Positions 1 through 10,051 are shown, counted from the first letter of the stretch. The stretch: 64,000 bases of DNA from Sphingomonas sp. 32-66-10 (GCA_002280565.1 NCEF01000007.1:16138-80137); one strand, 5' to 3'. Numbers and translations: made by a program. The notes: generated by a model not told the origin, from the letters alone.

Positions 1-858
1 CAGCCGCGCGCTGTCGACATGGGTGTAGATTTCGGTGGTGGCGATATCGGCATGGCCCAGCATCACCTGCAGCGCGCGCAGATCCGCCCCGCCCTCCAGC
101 AGATGCGTGGCGAAGGCGTGGCGCAGGACGTGCGGGCTGATGCGGTCAGGCGGGATGCCTGCCAGCCCCGCGATGTCACGGACCATCTGATAGAGGCGGA
201 TGCGGCTGAGATGGCCCTTGCCGGACGGAAACAGCCACGGCCGCGCCGGATCGACATGCGCGCGCCACGCCGCCACCGCCGCGCGGGCGCGATCCGACAG
301 GGGGACCAGCCGCTCCTTCCCGCCCTTGCCGCGCAGGATCAGATAGGGCTTGTCGGGCTGCACCGCGCCGCGTGGGAGCGAGACGAGTTCGCTCGCGCGC
401 AGGCCGGAGCCGTAGAGAAGCTCAATCAACGCGAGCAGGCGCAGGTCGCGGGGATCGGGGGGCACGCGATCGATCCGCGCCTGAATCGCGGCAAAGATCG
501 CCTCGACATCGGCGTTGGAGAGCGTCTTTGGCAGTCCACGCCCGGTGCCGGGACGGGGCAGCGCGGCGCCGGGATCGTCGGCGCGGAGCTTTTCGTCGAG
601 GAGGAAGCCGTAGAAGCGGCGCAGCGCGGCGGATTTGCGCGCGACGGTGGCGCGGGCAAGGTCGCGCCAGTCCTCCGCCAGCCGCTCGATCGCTGCGCGC
701 TCGGCCAGCGCGAGGCCACCGTCGAGCGCCTGCGACGCCAGCCGCAAATCGGTGCCATAGGCCGCGAGCGTGTTTGGCGACGCACCCGCTTCGGCGGCCA
801 GCATCTCGAGGAAGCGCTCGATCAGCGCCGGGTCGTCGCCCGGGCGGATCGTGGTCAA
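1..858 (-). CDS. xerD: Tyrosine recombinase XerD (3' end runs off the window)
   Basis: Manual translation: IERFLEMLAAEAGASPNTLAAY...LYGSGLRASEL...GKGGKERLVP...SPHVLRHAFATHLLEGGADLRALQVMLGHADIATTEIYTHV. TTG start overlaps the upstream stop. Absent from the ORF track because there is no stop in the window. Confidence 0.9.
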   Translation of the reverse strand, partial: MTTIRPGDDPALIERFLEMLAAEAGASPNTLAAYGTDLRLASQALDGGLALAERAAIERLAEDWRDLARATVARKSAALRRFYGFLLDEKLRADDPGAALPRPGTGRGLPKTLSNADVEAIFAAIQARIDRVPPDPRDLRLLALIELLYGSGLRASELVSLPRGAVQPDKPYLILRGKGGKERLVPLSDRARAAVAAWRAHVDPARPWLFPSGKGHLSRIRLYQMVRDIAGLAGIPPDRISPHVLRHAFATHLLEGGADLRALQVMLGHADIATTEIYTHVDSARL

Positions 859-2651
859 AGCCGGGTAATCGCCTCGACGGCGATCATCCGCGCATAGCCA
901 TCGAGCCCGACCTGCGTAAGCGCGCGGGTGATGTGGTACAGCGCCTCGGGCGAGACACCCTCCCACACCCGGCTCTGCATCCCCACGGCAGCGAGCAGCA
1001 CCACCGTGCCCGGCTGGTTTGCGTCCGCCGCGCGCGCGATGGCGCGGGTCCAGGCGTTAGCAGCAGCGAACTCCACGCCCGATGCGCGCATCAGCCGCTC
1101 GCCATCGTTGGCCGGGATGCGGCCCATCCCGGCCATCGCGGCAATGAGCATCGCGCCATTGGTCGCGTCGGCGCTGTTACGATACGCCTCGACATCGCCG
1201 ACCGCGACCGCGCGGCCGGGTTCGGCGAGCAGCAACATGCCCCAGCCATCGCTGCCGCGCGGCGCGATCTGCTTCCAGCGCAGCGCGGCGCGGTCGAGCC
1301 CGGCGCTGAGCATCGATGCGATCAGGCGATCGGTGTCGGCGCTATGTTCGGCCGACGGCGTCAGGCGCGCGGCGGCGCGGGCGGTGAGGATCAGGCGGCT
1401 ATAGGTGGCACGCTGCCCCTGTGCCTCGTCCCACAATTGCCGCATCCGCTCGACCCGCTCGGCGGGGGTCGCAGCAGTAAAGGCGGCGCGCAGATCGCGG
1501 GCGACCGCGACTTCGGCGATCGACGGATCCTCCTGCGCTTCGATCTCCCCATAGAGGTCGGTCAGCGCCTGGCTGGAGAACACGCCCTGGGTCGCCGCAG
1601 CTTCCGCCGCAGCGGCGCGGTCGCGCAGGCCGAGCATCGGGGCAGTCGCGCGCCAGTAGCGTAGCTGCGGCCCGGCGGTGCCATAGAGCCGTTCGGGAAT
1701 ATCGGTGTCGGATGCGACGGCGAGGCCCCAGCGCCAGGCGCTGATGCGATCGACGGCATCCCATTCGACCGTCACCGCGCGGCGGCCCGACACGCCCATG
1801 CCGACCAGCTTCTCCGCGAGCAGCACGTCCACCGCATTACCCATACGGCGACGGCTGGCATCGATCAGCGGCCCGGCCTTGCTGGGGTCGCCGTCGAGCC
1901 CGGCGCAGATCGCCTCGGCCAATCGCCAGTTGCGGTCCGGCGCAGTGTCGAGCGCGGGCTGAACCATCGGGCACATCCCGCCCGGATCGGCGGTGGCGAG
2001 CATCGCCTGCATCGCCACCTGAAACATCTTGGGCGTGTAATTGGCGATATCGACCGACTGGACGAGCGCGCGGGCGGCATCCGCCTCACCCATGCGGATC
2101 AGCAGCCAGGCGCGCTCCGCCGCGAAATCCGCGCCATTCAGGCCGCGCGGCGTGTTCACGCGGGAGAGCAGCGCACGCCGCAACGCGATCGACAGCCAGC
2201 GCGACGCGACCGGCGCATCGGTGCGGCGCATCAGCGTCTGGAGGAAGCCGCCATCGGCAGTGCCGAATGCAGTGACGGGGAGCCCGTCGCTGGCGGGCGA
2301 GGACGGACCGACCTGCGCCAGGGAGCGCTTGGCGAAATCGGGCAGTTCGTAGCGGGCGATCGTCGCGTAATCGATCTCACCCGGCGCTTCGGGCGCGACG
2401 CCGCTGGACGGAGCGGTCGTATTGCCGACGTCGCCCGACGCAGTCGGGGATGCATCGGCGCGCGGCGCAGCGGTCGGACCCGCTGCAGGCGCCGGAGCCG
2501 GTGCCGGGGTCGGCGCAGGAGCCGGCACCGGATCGTCGAACCCGGGTGGCAGCAGCGATTCGGGACGATCCTGCCCCAGCGCGGGAATCCCCACGCCGGC
2601 AGCGACCACCAGAACGGCGGCCAGCGCGGTCTTAGTTCGCGAGATTGTCAA
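855..2651 (-). CDS. Exported hypothetical protein with Pro/Ala-rich linker
   Basis: 598-aa ORF with a signal-peptide-like N-terminus, PAPAP linker and helical body; coupled to xerD. Confidence 0.75.
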   Translation of the reverse strand: MTISRTKTALAAVLVVAAGVGIPALGQDRPESLLPPGFDDPVPAPAPTPAPAPAPAAGPTAAPRADASPTASGDVGNTTAPSSGVAPEAPGEIDYATIARYELPDFAKRSLAQVGPSSPASDGLPVTAFGTADGGFLQTLMRRTDAPVASRWLSIALRRALLSRVNTPRGLNGADFAAERAWLLIRMGEADAARALVQSVDIANYTPKMFQVAMQAMLATADPGGMCPMVQPALDTAPDRNWRLAEAICAGLDGDPSKAGPLIDASRRRMGNAVDVLLAEKLVGMGVSGRRAVTVEWDAVDRISAWRWGLAVASDTDIPERLYGTAGPQLRYWRATAPMLGLRDRAAAAEAAATQGVFSSQALTDLYGEIEAQEDPSIAEVAVARDLRAAFTAATPAERVERMRQLWDEAQGQRATYSRLILTARAAARLTPSAEHSADTDRLIASMLSAGLDRAALRWKQIAPRGSDGWGMLLLAEPGRAVAVGDVEAYRNSADATNGAMLIAAMAGMGRIPANDGERLMRASGVEFAAANAWTRAIARAADANQPGTVVLLAAVGMQSRVWEGVSPEALYHITRALTQVGLDGYARMIAVEAITRL

Positions 2652-2769
2652 GCGGGACGACCTTCTCGACGCGTACAGGCTGTTTTTCCGTATCGCGCCC
2701 GGCGAGGAAAAACAGTCCGCCGATCAACAGGATAGCGACAATGACGATGATGATGAGCGAACGGGACAT
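2632..2769 (-). CDS. Small single-TM protein (45 aa)
   Basis: MSRSLIIIVIVAILLIGGLFFLAGRDTEKQPVRVEKVVPLDNLAN; GAGGGGG RBS; overlaps the start of the 598-aa gene. Confidence 0.7.
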   Translation of the reverse strand: MSRSLIIIVIVAILLIGGLFFLAGRDTEKQPVRVEKVVPLDNLAN

Positions 2770-2849
2770 CGACCCCCTCAAAGCGGTTCTGAACACAGGC
2801 GACAGGCCTTTTGCCCGAGCGCGATGCTCGCTGTATAGCCCCCGCGACC

Positions 2850-3389
2850 ATGCTGCAAACCCACCCGGCCAATCCTGAACCGATTACCCGCCCGATCGTG
2901 CTGATCGGCCTGATGGGCGTGGGCAAGACCACGGTCGGCCGTCGCCTCGCCCAGCGGCTCAAACTGCCCTTTGTCGATGCGGATGCGGAGATCGAGGCGG
3001 CGGCGGGCATGACCGTGGCCGAAATCTTCGAGCGATTCGGCGAACCGCATTTTCGCGATGGCGAGCGGCGCGTGATCGCACGGCTGATCGACGGCGAACC
3101 CAAGGTGATCGCGACCGGCGGCGGCGCGTTTCTGAACGACGAGACCCGCGCGCTGATCCTTGACCAGGCGACCGCGATCTGGCTGGACGCCGCCCCCAAG
3201 GTTTTGGCCGAACGCGTCGCCAAGCGCGACCATCGCCCGCTGCTGCGCGGAAAGGATCCGTTGAAAGTGCTCACCGAACTCGCCGAAATCCGTAACCCGG
3301 TTTACGCGCTCGCGCCGATCCATGTCGTGAGCAAGGTTGCGCCGCATGAGGCGACGGTGAGCGCGATCCTGACGGCGCTCGGCCGATGA
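2850..3389 (+). CDS. aroK: Shikimate kinase
   Basis: IVLIGLMGVGKTTVG Walker A, FVDAD, ATGGGA, RPLL. Confidence 0.95.
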   Translation: MLQTHPANPEPITRPIVLIGLMGVGKTTVGRRLAQRLKLPFVDADAEIEAAAGMTVAEIFERFGEPHFRDGERRVIARLIDGEPKVIATGGGAFLNDETRALILDQATAIWLDAAPKVLAERVAKRDHRPLLRGKDPLKVLTELAEIRNPVYALAPIHVVSKVAPHEATVSAILTALGR

Positions 3390-4486
3390 AGGTGGTTCCG
3401 GTCGCGCTGGGCGCGCGCAGCTATGAGGTGCGGATCGCGAGCGGCTTGTTGGCGCAGGTCGCTGAGCAGCTCGCCCCGCTGTCGCGCGGGCGGCCGTTCG
3501 TCATCGTCACCGACGCCAATGTCGCCCCGCACGCAGCGCGGCTGGCGGCGCTGCTGCACCATGGCGGGCTGGCGAGCGATATCATCACCCTGCCCGCCGG
3601 CGAGGCGACCAAGAGCTGGGGCCAGCTCGAATCGCTGACCGATGCGTTGCTGGAGCGGGGCATCGAGCGGGGCGACCATGTGATTGCGCTTGGCGGCGGG
3701 GTGATCGGCGATCTGGTCGGTTTCGCCACGTCGATCCTGAAGCGCGGCTGCAATTTCGTGCAGATTCCGACCACGCTGCTGGCGCAGGTCGACAGCTCGG
3801 TCGGCGGCAAGACCGCGATCAACAGCCGCGCGGGCAAGAATTTGGTCGGCGCGTTTCACCAGCCGTCGCTGGTGCTGATCGACCCCGATTTGCTCGACAC
3901 GCTGCCGCTGCGCGACCTGCGCGCGGGCTATGCCGAAGTCGTGAAATACGGGCTGATCGACGATCTGGGCTTTTTCGAATGGTGCGAGGCGAATGGCGCG
4001 GCGCTGCTCGCGGGTGACGCGGCGGCGCGGGAAGCGGCCATCGCGCACTCGGTGGCGGCGAAGGCGCGGATCGTCGCGGCGGACGAGCGCGAGACGACCG
4101 GCGTGCGCGCGCTGCTCAACCTTGGCCACACCTTTGGCCATGCGCTGGAGGCCGAGACGGGCTTTTCCGACGCGCTGCTGCATGGCGAAGGTGTTGCGGC
4201 GGGGATGGCGCTGGCCTTTGCCTATTCGGCGCGGCGCGGCCTGTGTCCCGCGCAGGATGCCGAGCGGGTGGCGATGCATCTGAAGGCGATGGACATGCCG
4301 CACGACCTGGCCAGCGCGGGGATCACCGCATCGGGCGCGACTTTGGTCGGCCATATGCTGCACGACAAGAAGATGGACGCGGGCACCCTGCCCTTCCTGC
4401 TCGCACGCGGGATCGGGCAGACCTATCTCGACAAGCAGGTCGATCTGGCGGACGTGGCGGCATTTCTGGATGGATTGCCGCGCTAG
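3386..4486 (+). CDS. aroB: 3-dehydroquinate synthase
   Basis: GGGVIGDLVGF, PTTLLAQVDSSVGGKTAIN, LNLGHTFGHALE. Confidence 0.97.
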   Translation: MKVVPVALGARSYEVRIASGLLAQVAEQLAPLSRGRPFVIVTDANVAPHAARLAALLHHGGLASDIITLPAGEATKSWGQLESLTDALLERGIERGDHVIALGGGVIGDLVGFATSILKRGCNFVQIPTTLLAQVDSSVGGKTAINSRAGKNLVGAFHQPSLVLIDPDLLDTLPLRDLRAGYAEVVKYGLIDDLGFFEWCEANGAALLAGDAAAREAAIAHSVAAKARIVAADERETTGVRALLNLGHTFGHALEAETGFSDALLHGEGVAAGMALAFAYSARRGLCPAQDAERVAMHLKAMDMPHDLASAGITASGATLVGHMLHDKKMDAGTLPFLLARGIGQTYLDKQVDLADVAAFLDGLPR

Positions 4487-4519
4487 CAGCGCCCGGCCGC
4501 TCGCAGGGCCACAAAGCTT

Positions 4520-4587
4520 GGGGTGGAGGGTATCTTAGTTCCGGGGGGGATATACCCCCCACCCCGGCGTCCCCCGCAGGGAGACGC
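4520..4587. terminator. Stem-loops between convergent aroB and dnaA
   Basis: GGGGTGGAGGGTAT/ATACCCCCCACCCC inverted repeat plus GCGTCCCCCGCAGGGAGACGC hairpin. Confidence 0.45.
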
Positions 4588-4592
4588 AAGCT

Positions 4593-5951
4593 TCAAGCCT
4601 CTAACTGCCGCAACAGGCTGCGCACGGCGCCGTCAATTTCGCTGTCGGTGCCGCGCAGTTCCTCGATCCGGCGGACGGCGTGGATCACGGTCGAATGGTC
4701 GCGATTGCCGAACTTGCGGCCAATTTCGGGCAGCGAGCGCGTGGTGAGGCGCTTGGCGAGATACATCGCGATCTGGCGCGGGCGGGCGATCGCCACGGCG
4801 CGGCGCTGCGACACCAGATCGAGCTGCTTGACGTCGAAATGCGACGACACCGCCTTCTGAATCTCGTCGATCGTCACGCGGCGCTGGCTGCCACGCAGCG
4901 CTTCGCCGAGCACGCTCTCGGCAAATGCGACCGTCACGACCTCATTGTTGAGCTGCGAATAGGCGACGAGGCGATTGAGCGCGCCCTCCAGCTCGCGCAC
5001 CGACGAGCTGATCCGCATGGCGAGCAGGTCGAGCACCTCGGACGGCACCGAAGCGCCCGGCATATCCTCAAGCTTGCGGTCGAGAATCGTGCGGCGCAGG
5101 CCAAGCTCGGCGGGCTTGATATCGGCGGCAAGGCCGGAGCCGAGGCGCGAGGCAAGCCGGGTTTCGATCCCCTCGAGCGCCAGCGGGCTGCGGTCGGCGG
5201 CGATCACCAGCCTTTTGCCCTCACGCATGAACTCGTCGACCGTGTGGAAGAACTCTTCCTGGGTCGATTCCTTGCCGGCGATGAACTGCAGATCGTCGAT
5301 CATCAACAGATCGACGCCGCGCAGCCGCGCCTTGAAGCTGTAGGTATCGCGCTCGCGCACCGCACGCACGAACTCGAACATGAACCGCTCGGCCGGCATG
5401 TAGATGGCGGTTGCGTCGGGGCAGGCGTTCATGAACGCATGGCCGATCGCGTGCATCAGGTGCGTCTTGCCCTGACCGGTATTGCTGTGAAGGTAGAGCG
5501 GGCTGAAGCGCGGCGTGCCCGGCTCCGCCAGCGCCTTGGCAGCGTTGAACGCCAGCCGGTTGGAGGTATCGACCACGAACCGGTCGAAGGTGAAGCGCGA
5601 ATCGAGGTTGGGACGCTCGCCCGCTCCGGCCAGAGCCGAGGGCGTGACGGGCTCCGCCACAGCGACCGCAGGGGCCGCCGTTGCGAGTTCGCGAGTCGCA
5701 CGCGCATCGACCGTCTCGATCGAAACCGTGCGCACGCCCGGAAGCTGCGCACGGAATTCCATCAGCAGCCGGTCGGCGTAATGATTTTTGACCCAGTTGG
5801 TCATGAAGGCGGACGGCAGGCCGAGGCGGACGGTTTCGGCGTCCTCGCCGGGGATCAGCACGATCGGCTTCAGCCACTGGTCGAACAGCCGCTGGCCTGC
5901 GGAAAGTCGCAGATTGCCTCGCACGCGTGTCCAGGCCTTGGCTTGATCCAT
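4593..5951 (-). CDS. dnaA: Chromosomal replication initiator DnaA
   Basis: FTFDRFVV, TGQGKTHLMHAIG, LLMIDDLQF, RELEGALN, RDHSTVIHA. Start placed at MDQAKAW; an upstream start is possible. Confidence 0.97.
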   Translation of the reverse strand: MDQAKAWTRVRGNLRLSAGQRLFDQWLKPIVLIPGEDAETVRLGLPSAFMTNWVKNHYADRLLMEFRAQLPGVRTVSIETVDARATRELATAAPAVAVAEPVTPSALAGAGERPNLDSRFTFDRFVVDTSNRLAFNAAKALAEPGTPRFSPLYLHSNTGQGKTHLMHAIGHAFMNACPDATAIYMPAERFMFEFVRAVRERDTYSFKARLRGVDLLMIDDLQFIAGKESTQEEFFHTVDEFMREGKRLVIAADRSPLALEGIETRLASRLGSGLAADIKPAELGLRRTILDRKLEDMPGASVPSEVLDLLAMRISSSVRELEGALNRLVAYSQLNNEVVTVAFAESVLGEALRGSQRRVTIDEIQKAVSSHFDVKQLDLVSQRRAVAIARPRQIAMYLAKRLTTRSLPEIGRKFGNRDHSTVIHAVRRIEELRGTDSEIDGAVRSLLRQLEA

Positions 5952-6072
5952 CTTATCGTTGCCCCCGACTACACCATCGCACGCGCGCAAACCGTGCGCA
6001 CGCACCGACCCCATCGCGAAAGCACAGCCTTCGCGTCCGAATTTTCGTTCAGGCAAAAGGATGCCGCAGGCG

Positions 6073-6321
6073 GAATCGCATCCGCTGCTGATCGGAACCC
6101 TCGCTGATCCCGCCGACGAGAACGCCGTGGCGGAAGTCCGTTTTAGGGACGCATTTCTGAGTCGATCAAGAGGGATGCGTGTAAAGAATCTGAAATAAGT
6201 AGGGTTGACTCACTCAGAGCCGCGGAAAACCGTTATTTACAATACAAGTCACTGATTTAGATGACTTTAATCACATCATTACATTCGCGTTACGGTGCGA
6301 CTCATTGGGATTCCGCGATTC
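6073..6321. promoter_or_regulatory. AT-rich dnaA upstream region with 7 GANTC (CcrM) sites and a DnaA-box-like TTATTTACA
   Basis: GANTC at 6073, 6159, 6186, 6207, 6299, 6309 and 6317; TTATTTACA at about 6233. Confidence 0.6.
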
Positions 6322-6353
6322 GTCGCCAAGATGCTTGGGTGACCGGCGCAGGC

Positions 6354-6389
6354 AAAAGAAAAACCCTGCCGGCACTAAGCCGGCAGGGT
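6354..6389 (-). terminator. Rho-independent terminator of rpsT
   Basis: ACCCTGCCGGC-N5-GCCGGCAGGGT stem followed by a T-rich tract on the minus strand. Confidence 0.85.
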
Positions 6390-6414
6390 CATGTTCTTGT
6401 CGCTGAAGCGCGGA

Positions 6415-6678
6415 TCAGCCGAGGGCGGCGAGACGCTTGGTCAGACGCGAGAATTTGCGCGAGGCGGTGTTCTTGTGGACCACGCCCTTGGCGACGCCCC
6501 GTGCCAGTTCCGGCTGCATCGCCTTGAGCGCGGTTTCCGCTGCCGCCTTGTCACCGCTGGTCAGCGCGCTTTCGACCTTCTTGACGAAGGTGCGGATGCG
6601 GCCGACGCGGGCACCGTTGACTTCGGCGCGGCGTTCGTTGCGGCGGATGCGCTTCTTGGCTTGCGGCGTGTTCGCCAT
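6415..6678 (-). CDS. rpsT: 30S ribosomal protein S20
   Basis: [12 protein letters not shown]...[16 protein letters not shown]. Confidence 0.97.
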   Translation of the reverse strand: MANTPQAKKRIRRNERRAEVNGARVGRIRTFVKKVESALTSGDKAAAETALKAMQPELARGVAKGVVHKNTASRKFSRLTKRLAALG

Positions 6679-6895
6679 GAATCTTCGTTCCTGTTTTCAA
6701 TGCGAAAAGAGGCGCGGATTTCCGTCCCACGCCTCGGGAAAGCGCGCCCCTTAGCGAGGGCGGGCGATTCGGTCAACCTTTTGCGGCGCATTTGATGCGC
6801 TGACGGCACCGGCCCGCTCGCCCACCCATCGAAGATACTTTGCAGTGGGTGGTCGGGTAGGGGAGCGGGCCGGTGCCGGACTTAAACAAAATGCC

Positions 6896-7708
6896 CTACT
6901 TCTGGCACTTCGGGCACCAGAAGGTCGAGCGCCCGCCCTCGGCATAGCGCGCGACGGTGCCGCCGCAATCGCAGGCTTCGCCTTCGCGGCCATAGACTTT
7001 GAACTGTTTCGAGAAATAGCCGAGCCCTCCATCGGGCTGGGCATAATCGCGCAGGGTCGACCCGCCCGCTTCGATCGCCGATTCGAGCACGCTCCGGACA
7101 GCGGGAACCAACCGTTGAAGTTGTTGCCGGGTGAGCGACCCGCCGGTGCGTTTCGGCGAGATGCGCGATTCGTGCAGCGCCTCGCACACATAGATGTTGC
7201 CCAGGCCCGCGACGATGCGCTGGTCGAGCAGCAGCAGCTTGATCGATGCGACCCGCCCGGCCAGCGCGTGGCGCAGATGATCGGCGGTGAAGTGCGGTCC
7301 GAGCGGCTCCGGTCCCAGCGCGGCGAAGGGCGGCCAGGCGCCGACATCGGCCGTGGGCATCAGATCGACCGAGCCGAATCGCCGTGCATCGTTGAGCGCC
7401 AGCCGCCGCCCCGCCTCGGTCTCGATCACCAGATGATCGTGCGTCAGCAACTCGGCCGGATCGATTCGCCAGCGTCCCGACATGCCGAGATGAAAGATCA
7501 TCGTGTCGCCGCGATCGGTGTCGATCAGACCATATTTGGCGCGCCGCCCGAGTGCGGTGACGGTTGCGCCGGTCAGCCGCTGCCCCAGATCGACCGGCAT
7601 TGCGCGGCGCAGATCGGGGCGGCGCAGTTGAACCCGCGCGATGCGCTGGCCGTGCAGTGCGGGGGTCAGTCCGCGGACGGTGGTTTCGACTTCGGGAAGC
7701 TCGGGCAT
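6896..7708 (-). CDS. mutM: Formamidopyrimidine-DNA glycosylase
   Basis: MPELPEVET, HLGMSG, GLGNIY, C-terminal zinc finger. Confidence 0.97.
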   Translation of the reverse strand: MPELPEVETTVRGLTPALHGQRIARVQLRRPDLRRAMPVDLGQRLTGATVTALGRRAKYGLIDTDRGDTMIFHLGMSGRWRIDPAELLTHDHLVIETEAGRRLALNDARRFGSVDLMPTADVGAWPPFAALGPEPLGPHFTADHLRHALAGRVASIKLLLLDQRIVAGLGNIYVCEALHESRISPKRTGGSLTRQQLQRLVPAVRSVLESAIEAGGSTLRDYAQPDGGLGYFSKQFKVYGREGEACDCGGTVARYAEGGRSTFWCPKCQK

Positions 7709-7763
7709 TTTGTCCCGCTAAGCGGGCTTTGCCGCGCCCACAAGGGCGGCTAAGGGCTTGGCC

Positions 7764-8495
7764 ATGACCGACACCGTCTCCTTTGGCTATGAAGAGGTTG
7801 CCCGCGACGAAAAGACCCGTCGCGTCGGCGGCGTCTTTTCCAGCGTGGCCTCGCGCTATGATCTCATGAACGACGCGATGTCGGGCGGTTTGCACCGCGT
7901 GTGGAAGGACGTGTTCGTCCGCCGCGTGAAGCCGCGCGAAGGCGAGGCGATCCTCGACATGGCCGGGGGCACCGGCGACATCGCGTTCCGCATGGCCGAA
8001 CATGGCGCGGCAGTGACGGTCGCCGACATCAACCCCGACATGCTGGCGGTGGGGATCGAGCGTGCGGCCAAGCGCGGCATCGACGGCCTCGTGTGGAGCG
8101 AAGCGAATGCGGAGGTGCTGCAATGGCCCGACCGGTTCTTTGACGCCTATACGATCGCCTTCGGCATTCGGAATGTGACCGACATCCCTGCGGCGCTGCG
8201 TGAGGCGCATCGCGTGCTGCGCCGCGGTGGTCGGTTCTTCGTCCTCGAATTCTCGACGACGCTGTGGCCTGGATTCGCCGACGTGTACGACGCCTATTCG
8301 CACCGGCTGGTGCCGAAGCTGGGTGAGATGCTGGCGGGCGATGCCGACAGCTATCGCTATCTGGTCGAATCGATCCGGCGCTTTCCCGACATGCCGACGT
8401 TCGAGGCGATGATCAAAGACGCGGGTTTCGTGCAGACGCGGGTCGAGCCGATGCTGGGCGGGCTGGTCGCCATTCATAGCGGCTGGAAGATTTGA
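7764..8495 (+). CDS. ubiE: Ubiquinone/menaquinone C-methyltransferase
   Basis: YDLMNDAMSGGLHRVWK, LDMAGGTGD, YLVESIRRFP. Confidence 0.95.
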   Translation: MTDTVSFGYEEVARDEKTRRVGGVFSSVASRYDLMNDAMSGGLHRVWKDVFVRRVKPREGEAILDMAGGTGDIAFRMAEHGAAVTVADINPDMLAVGIERAAKRGIDGLVWSEANAEVLQWPDRFFDAYTIAFGIRNVTDIPAALREAHRVLRRGGRFFVLEFSTTLWPGFADVYDAYSHRLVPKLGEMLAGDADSYRYLVESIRRFPDMPTFEAMIKDAGFVQTRVEPMLGGLVAIHSGWKI

Positions 8496-10024
8496 CCGCT
8501 CCCGTCGTTCATCTGTGGCGCCTGCTGAAATGGGGCCGCACGCTGGCGCGCCACGGCGCGCTGCGCGGGATCGAGCGTGACCGCAACACGCCGCGCCCGG
8601 TACGCCGCCTTGCCCGTATTGCTCGCTTTGGCGCGCGCGTGCCCGAAGTGCCGCGCTATGCCGATGCGCTGCAGGCAATCGGCCCGGCGGCGATCAAGCT
8701 GGGCCAGACGCTTGCCACCCGCCCCGACCTGATCGGCGAAGCGGCGGCGCACGACCTGTTGCGCCTGCAGGATGCCCTGCCCCCCGTCCCGTTTGCGGTG
8801 ATCCGCGCGGCGATGGAGAACAGCTTCGGGCGGCCGATCGAAGAGCTGTTCCAGTCGGTCGAGGAAACGCCGATCGGTGCCGCGTCGATCGCGCAGGTGC
8901 ATCGCGCGATCACCACCGATGGCCGCCAGGTCGCGGTCAAGGTGCTGCGCCCCGGGATCGAGGCCGAGTTCGCCCGCGCCATCGACACCTATGAATGGGC
9001 GGCGGCACAGGTCGAGGGGATGGGCGGCGAAGCATCGCGCCTGCGCCCGCGCCTGGTGATCGAAACCTTCAAGCGCTGGACCGCGCGCGAGCTGGACCTG
9101 CGGCGTGAGGCGGCGTCGGCGTCGGAGCTGGCCGAATCGATGGAGGCCGAGCCCGACTTCACGGTCCCGGCGATCGACTGGCAGCGCAGCACCGGCAAGG
9201 TCATGACGCTGGAGTGGATCAACGGCATCAAGCTGTCGGACCGCGACGCGCTGATCGCCGCGGGGCATGATACCGAAAAGCTGGCCCATACGCTGGTCCG
9301 CGCCTTCCTGCGTCAGGCGATTTCGGAGGGGTTCTTTCACGCCGACATGCACCAGGGCAATTTGTTCGCTTTGCCCGGCGACCGGATCGCGGCGATCGAT
9401 TTCGGCATCATGGGACGGATCGACCGGCGCGCGCGGGTGTGGCTGGCGGAGATCCTCTATGGCCTGATCACCGGCAATTATCGCCGCGTCGCGGAGATTC
9501 ACTTCGAGGCGGGTTATGTCCCCGCGCATCACAATGTCGCCGAGTTCGCGACCGCCTTGCGCGCGGTGGGCGAGCCGATGCGCGGGCTGGCGGTCAAGGA
9601 CATGAGCGTCGGCATGATGCTCGACAGCCTGTTCAACATCACCCGCGATTTCGACATGCAGACCCAGCCGCATCTGTTGCTGCTGCAAAAGACGATGGTG
9701 ATGGTGGAGGGCGTGGCGACGCGGCTGCACCCCGATATCAATCTGTGGGACAGCGCCGCGCCGTTCGTGCGCGAATGGATCCGCACCGAATTGGGGCCGG
9801 AGGCGTTTCTGGCCGACCGGATTTCGGAGGATCTGAAAACGCTCGCCCGTCTCCCCAAGCTGATCCGCAATATCGAACGCCATTTCCCCGATCCCGGCGG
9901 CGCGCCCCCCGCCCCGCCGCTGCGCGAGATCGAGGTGGTGCGGGTTGGCGGTGGCTGGCGCTACGTCCTGGTTGCGCTGCTCGCTGGTGGAGCGGGCGTG
10001 GCGGCGACCTTGCTGCTCGCCTGA
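8492..10024 (+). CDS. ubiB: UbiB (ABC1-family atypical kinase)
   Basis: IKLGQ, AASIAQVH, VAVKVLRP, FFHADMHQGN, IDFG. Confidence 0.95.
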   Translation: MTAPVVHLWRLLKWGRTLARHGALRGIERDRNTPRPVRRLARIARFGARVPEVPRYADALQAIGPAAIKLGQTLATRPDLIGEAAAHDLLRLQDALPPVPFAVIRAAMENSFGRPIEELFQSVEETPIGAASIAQVHRAITTDGRQVAVKVLRPGIEAEFARAIDTYEWAAAQVEGMGGEASRLRPRLVIETFKRWTARELDLRREAASASELAESMEAEPDFTVPAIDWQRSTGKVMTLEWINGIKLSDRDALIAAGHDTEKLAHTLVRAFLRQAISEGFFHADMHQGNLFALPGDRIAAIDFGIMGRIDRRARVWLAEILYGLITGNYRRVAEIHFEAGYVPAHHNVAEFATALRAVGEPMRGLAVKDMSVGMMLDSLFNITRDFDMQTQPHLLLLQKTMVMVEGVATRLHPDINLWDSAAPFVREWIRTELGPEAFLADRISEDLKTLARLPKLIRNIERHFPDPGGAPPAPPLREIEVVRVGGGWRYVLVALLAGGAGVAATLLLA

Positions 10025-10051
10025 CCGGCACGGCTGGATCACAGGCACCCC

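Noticed and set aside
1-858. Tyrosine recombinase as a prophage or island integrase
   Set aside because: Motifs and the position beside aroKB fit housekeeping XerD; no att site, tRNA or phage genes.
5952-6414. oriC next to dnaA
   Set aside because: Only one imperfect DnaA box seen, and alphaproteobacterial origins are often unlinked to dnaA. Cannot be excluded without GC-skew data.
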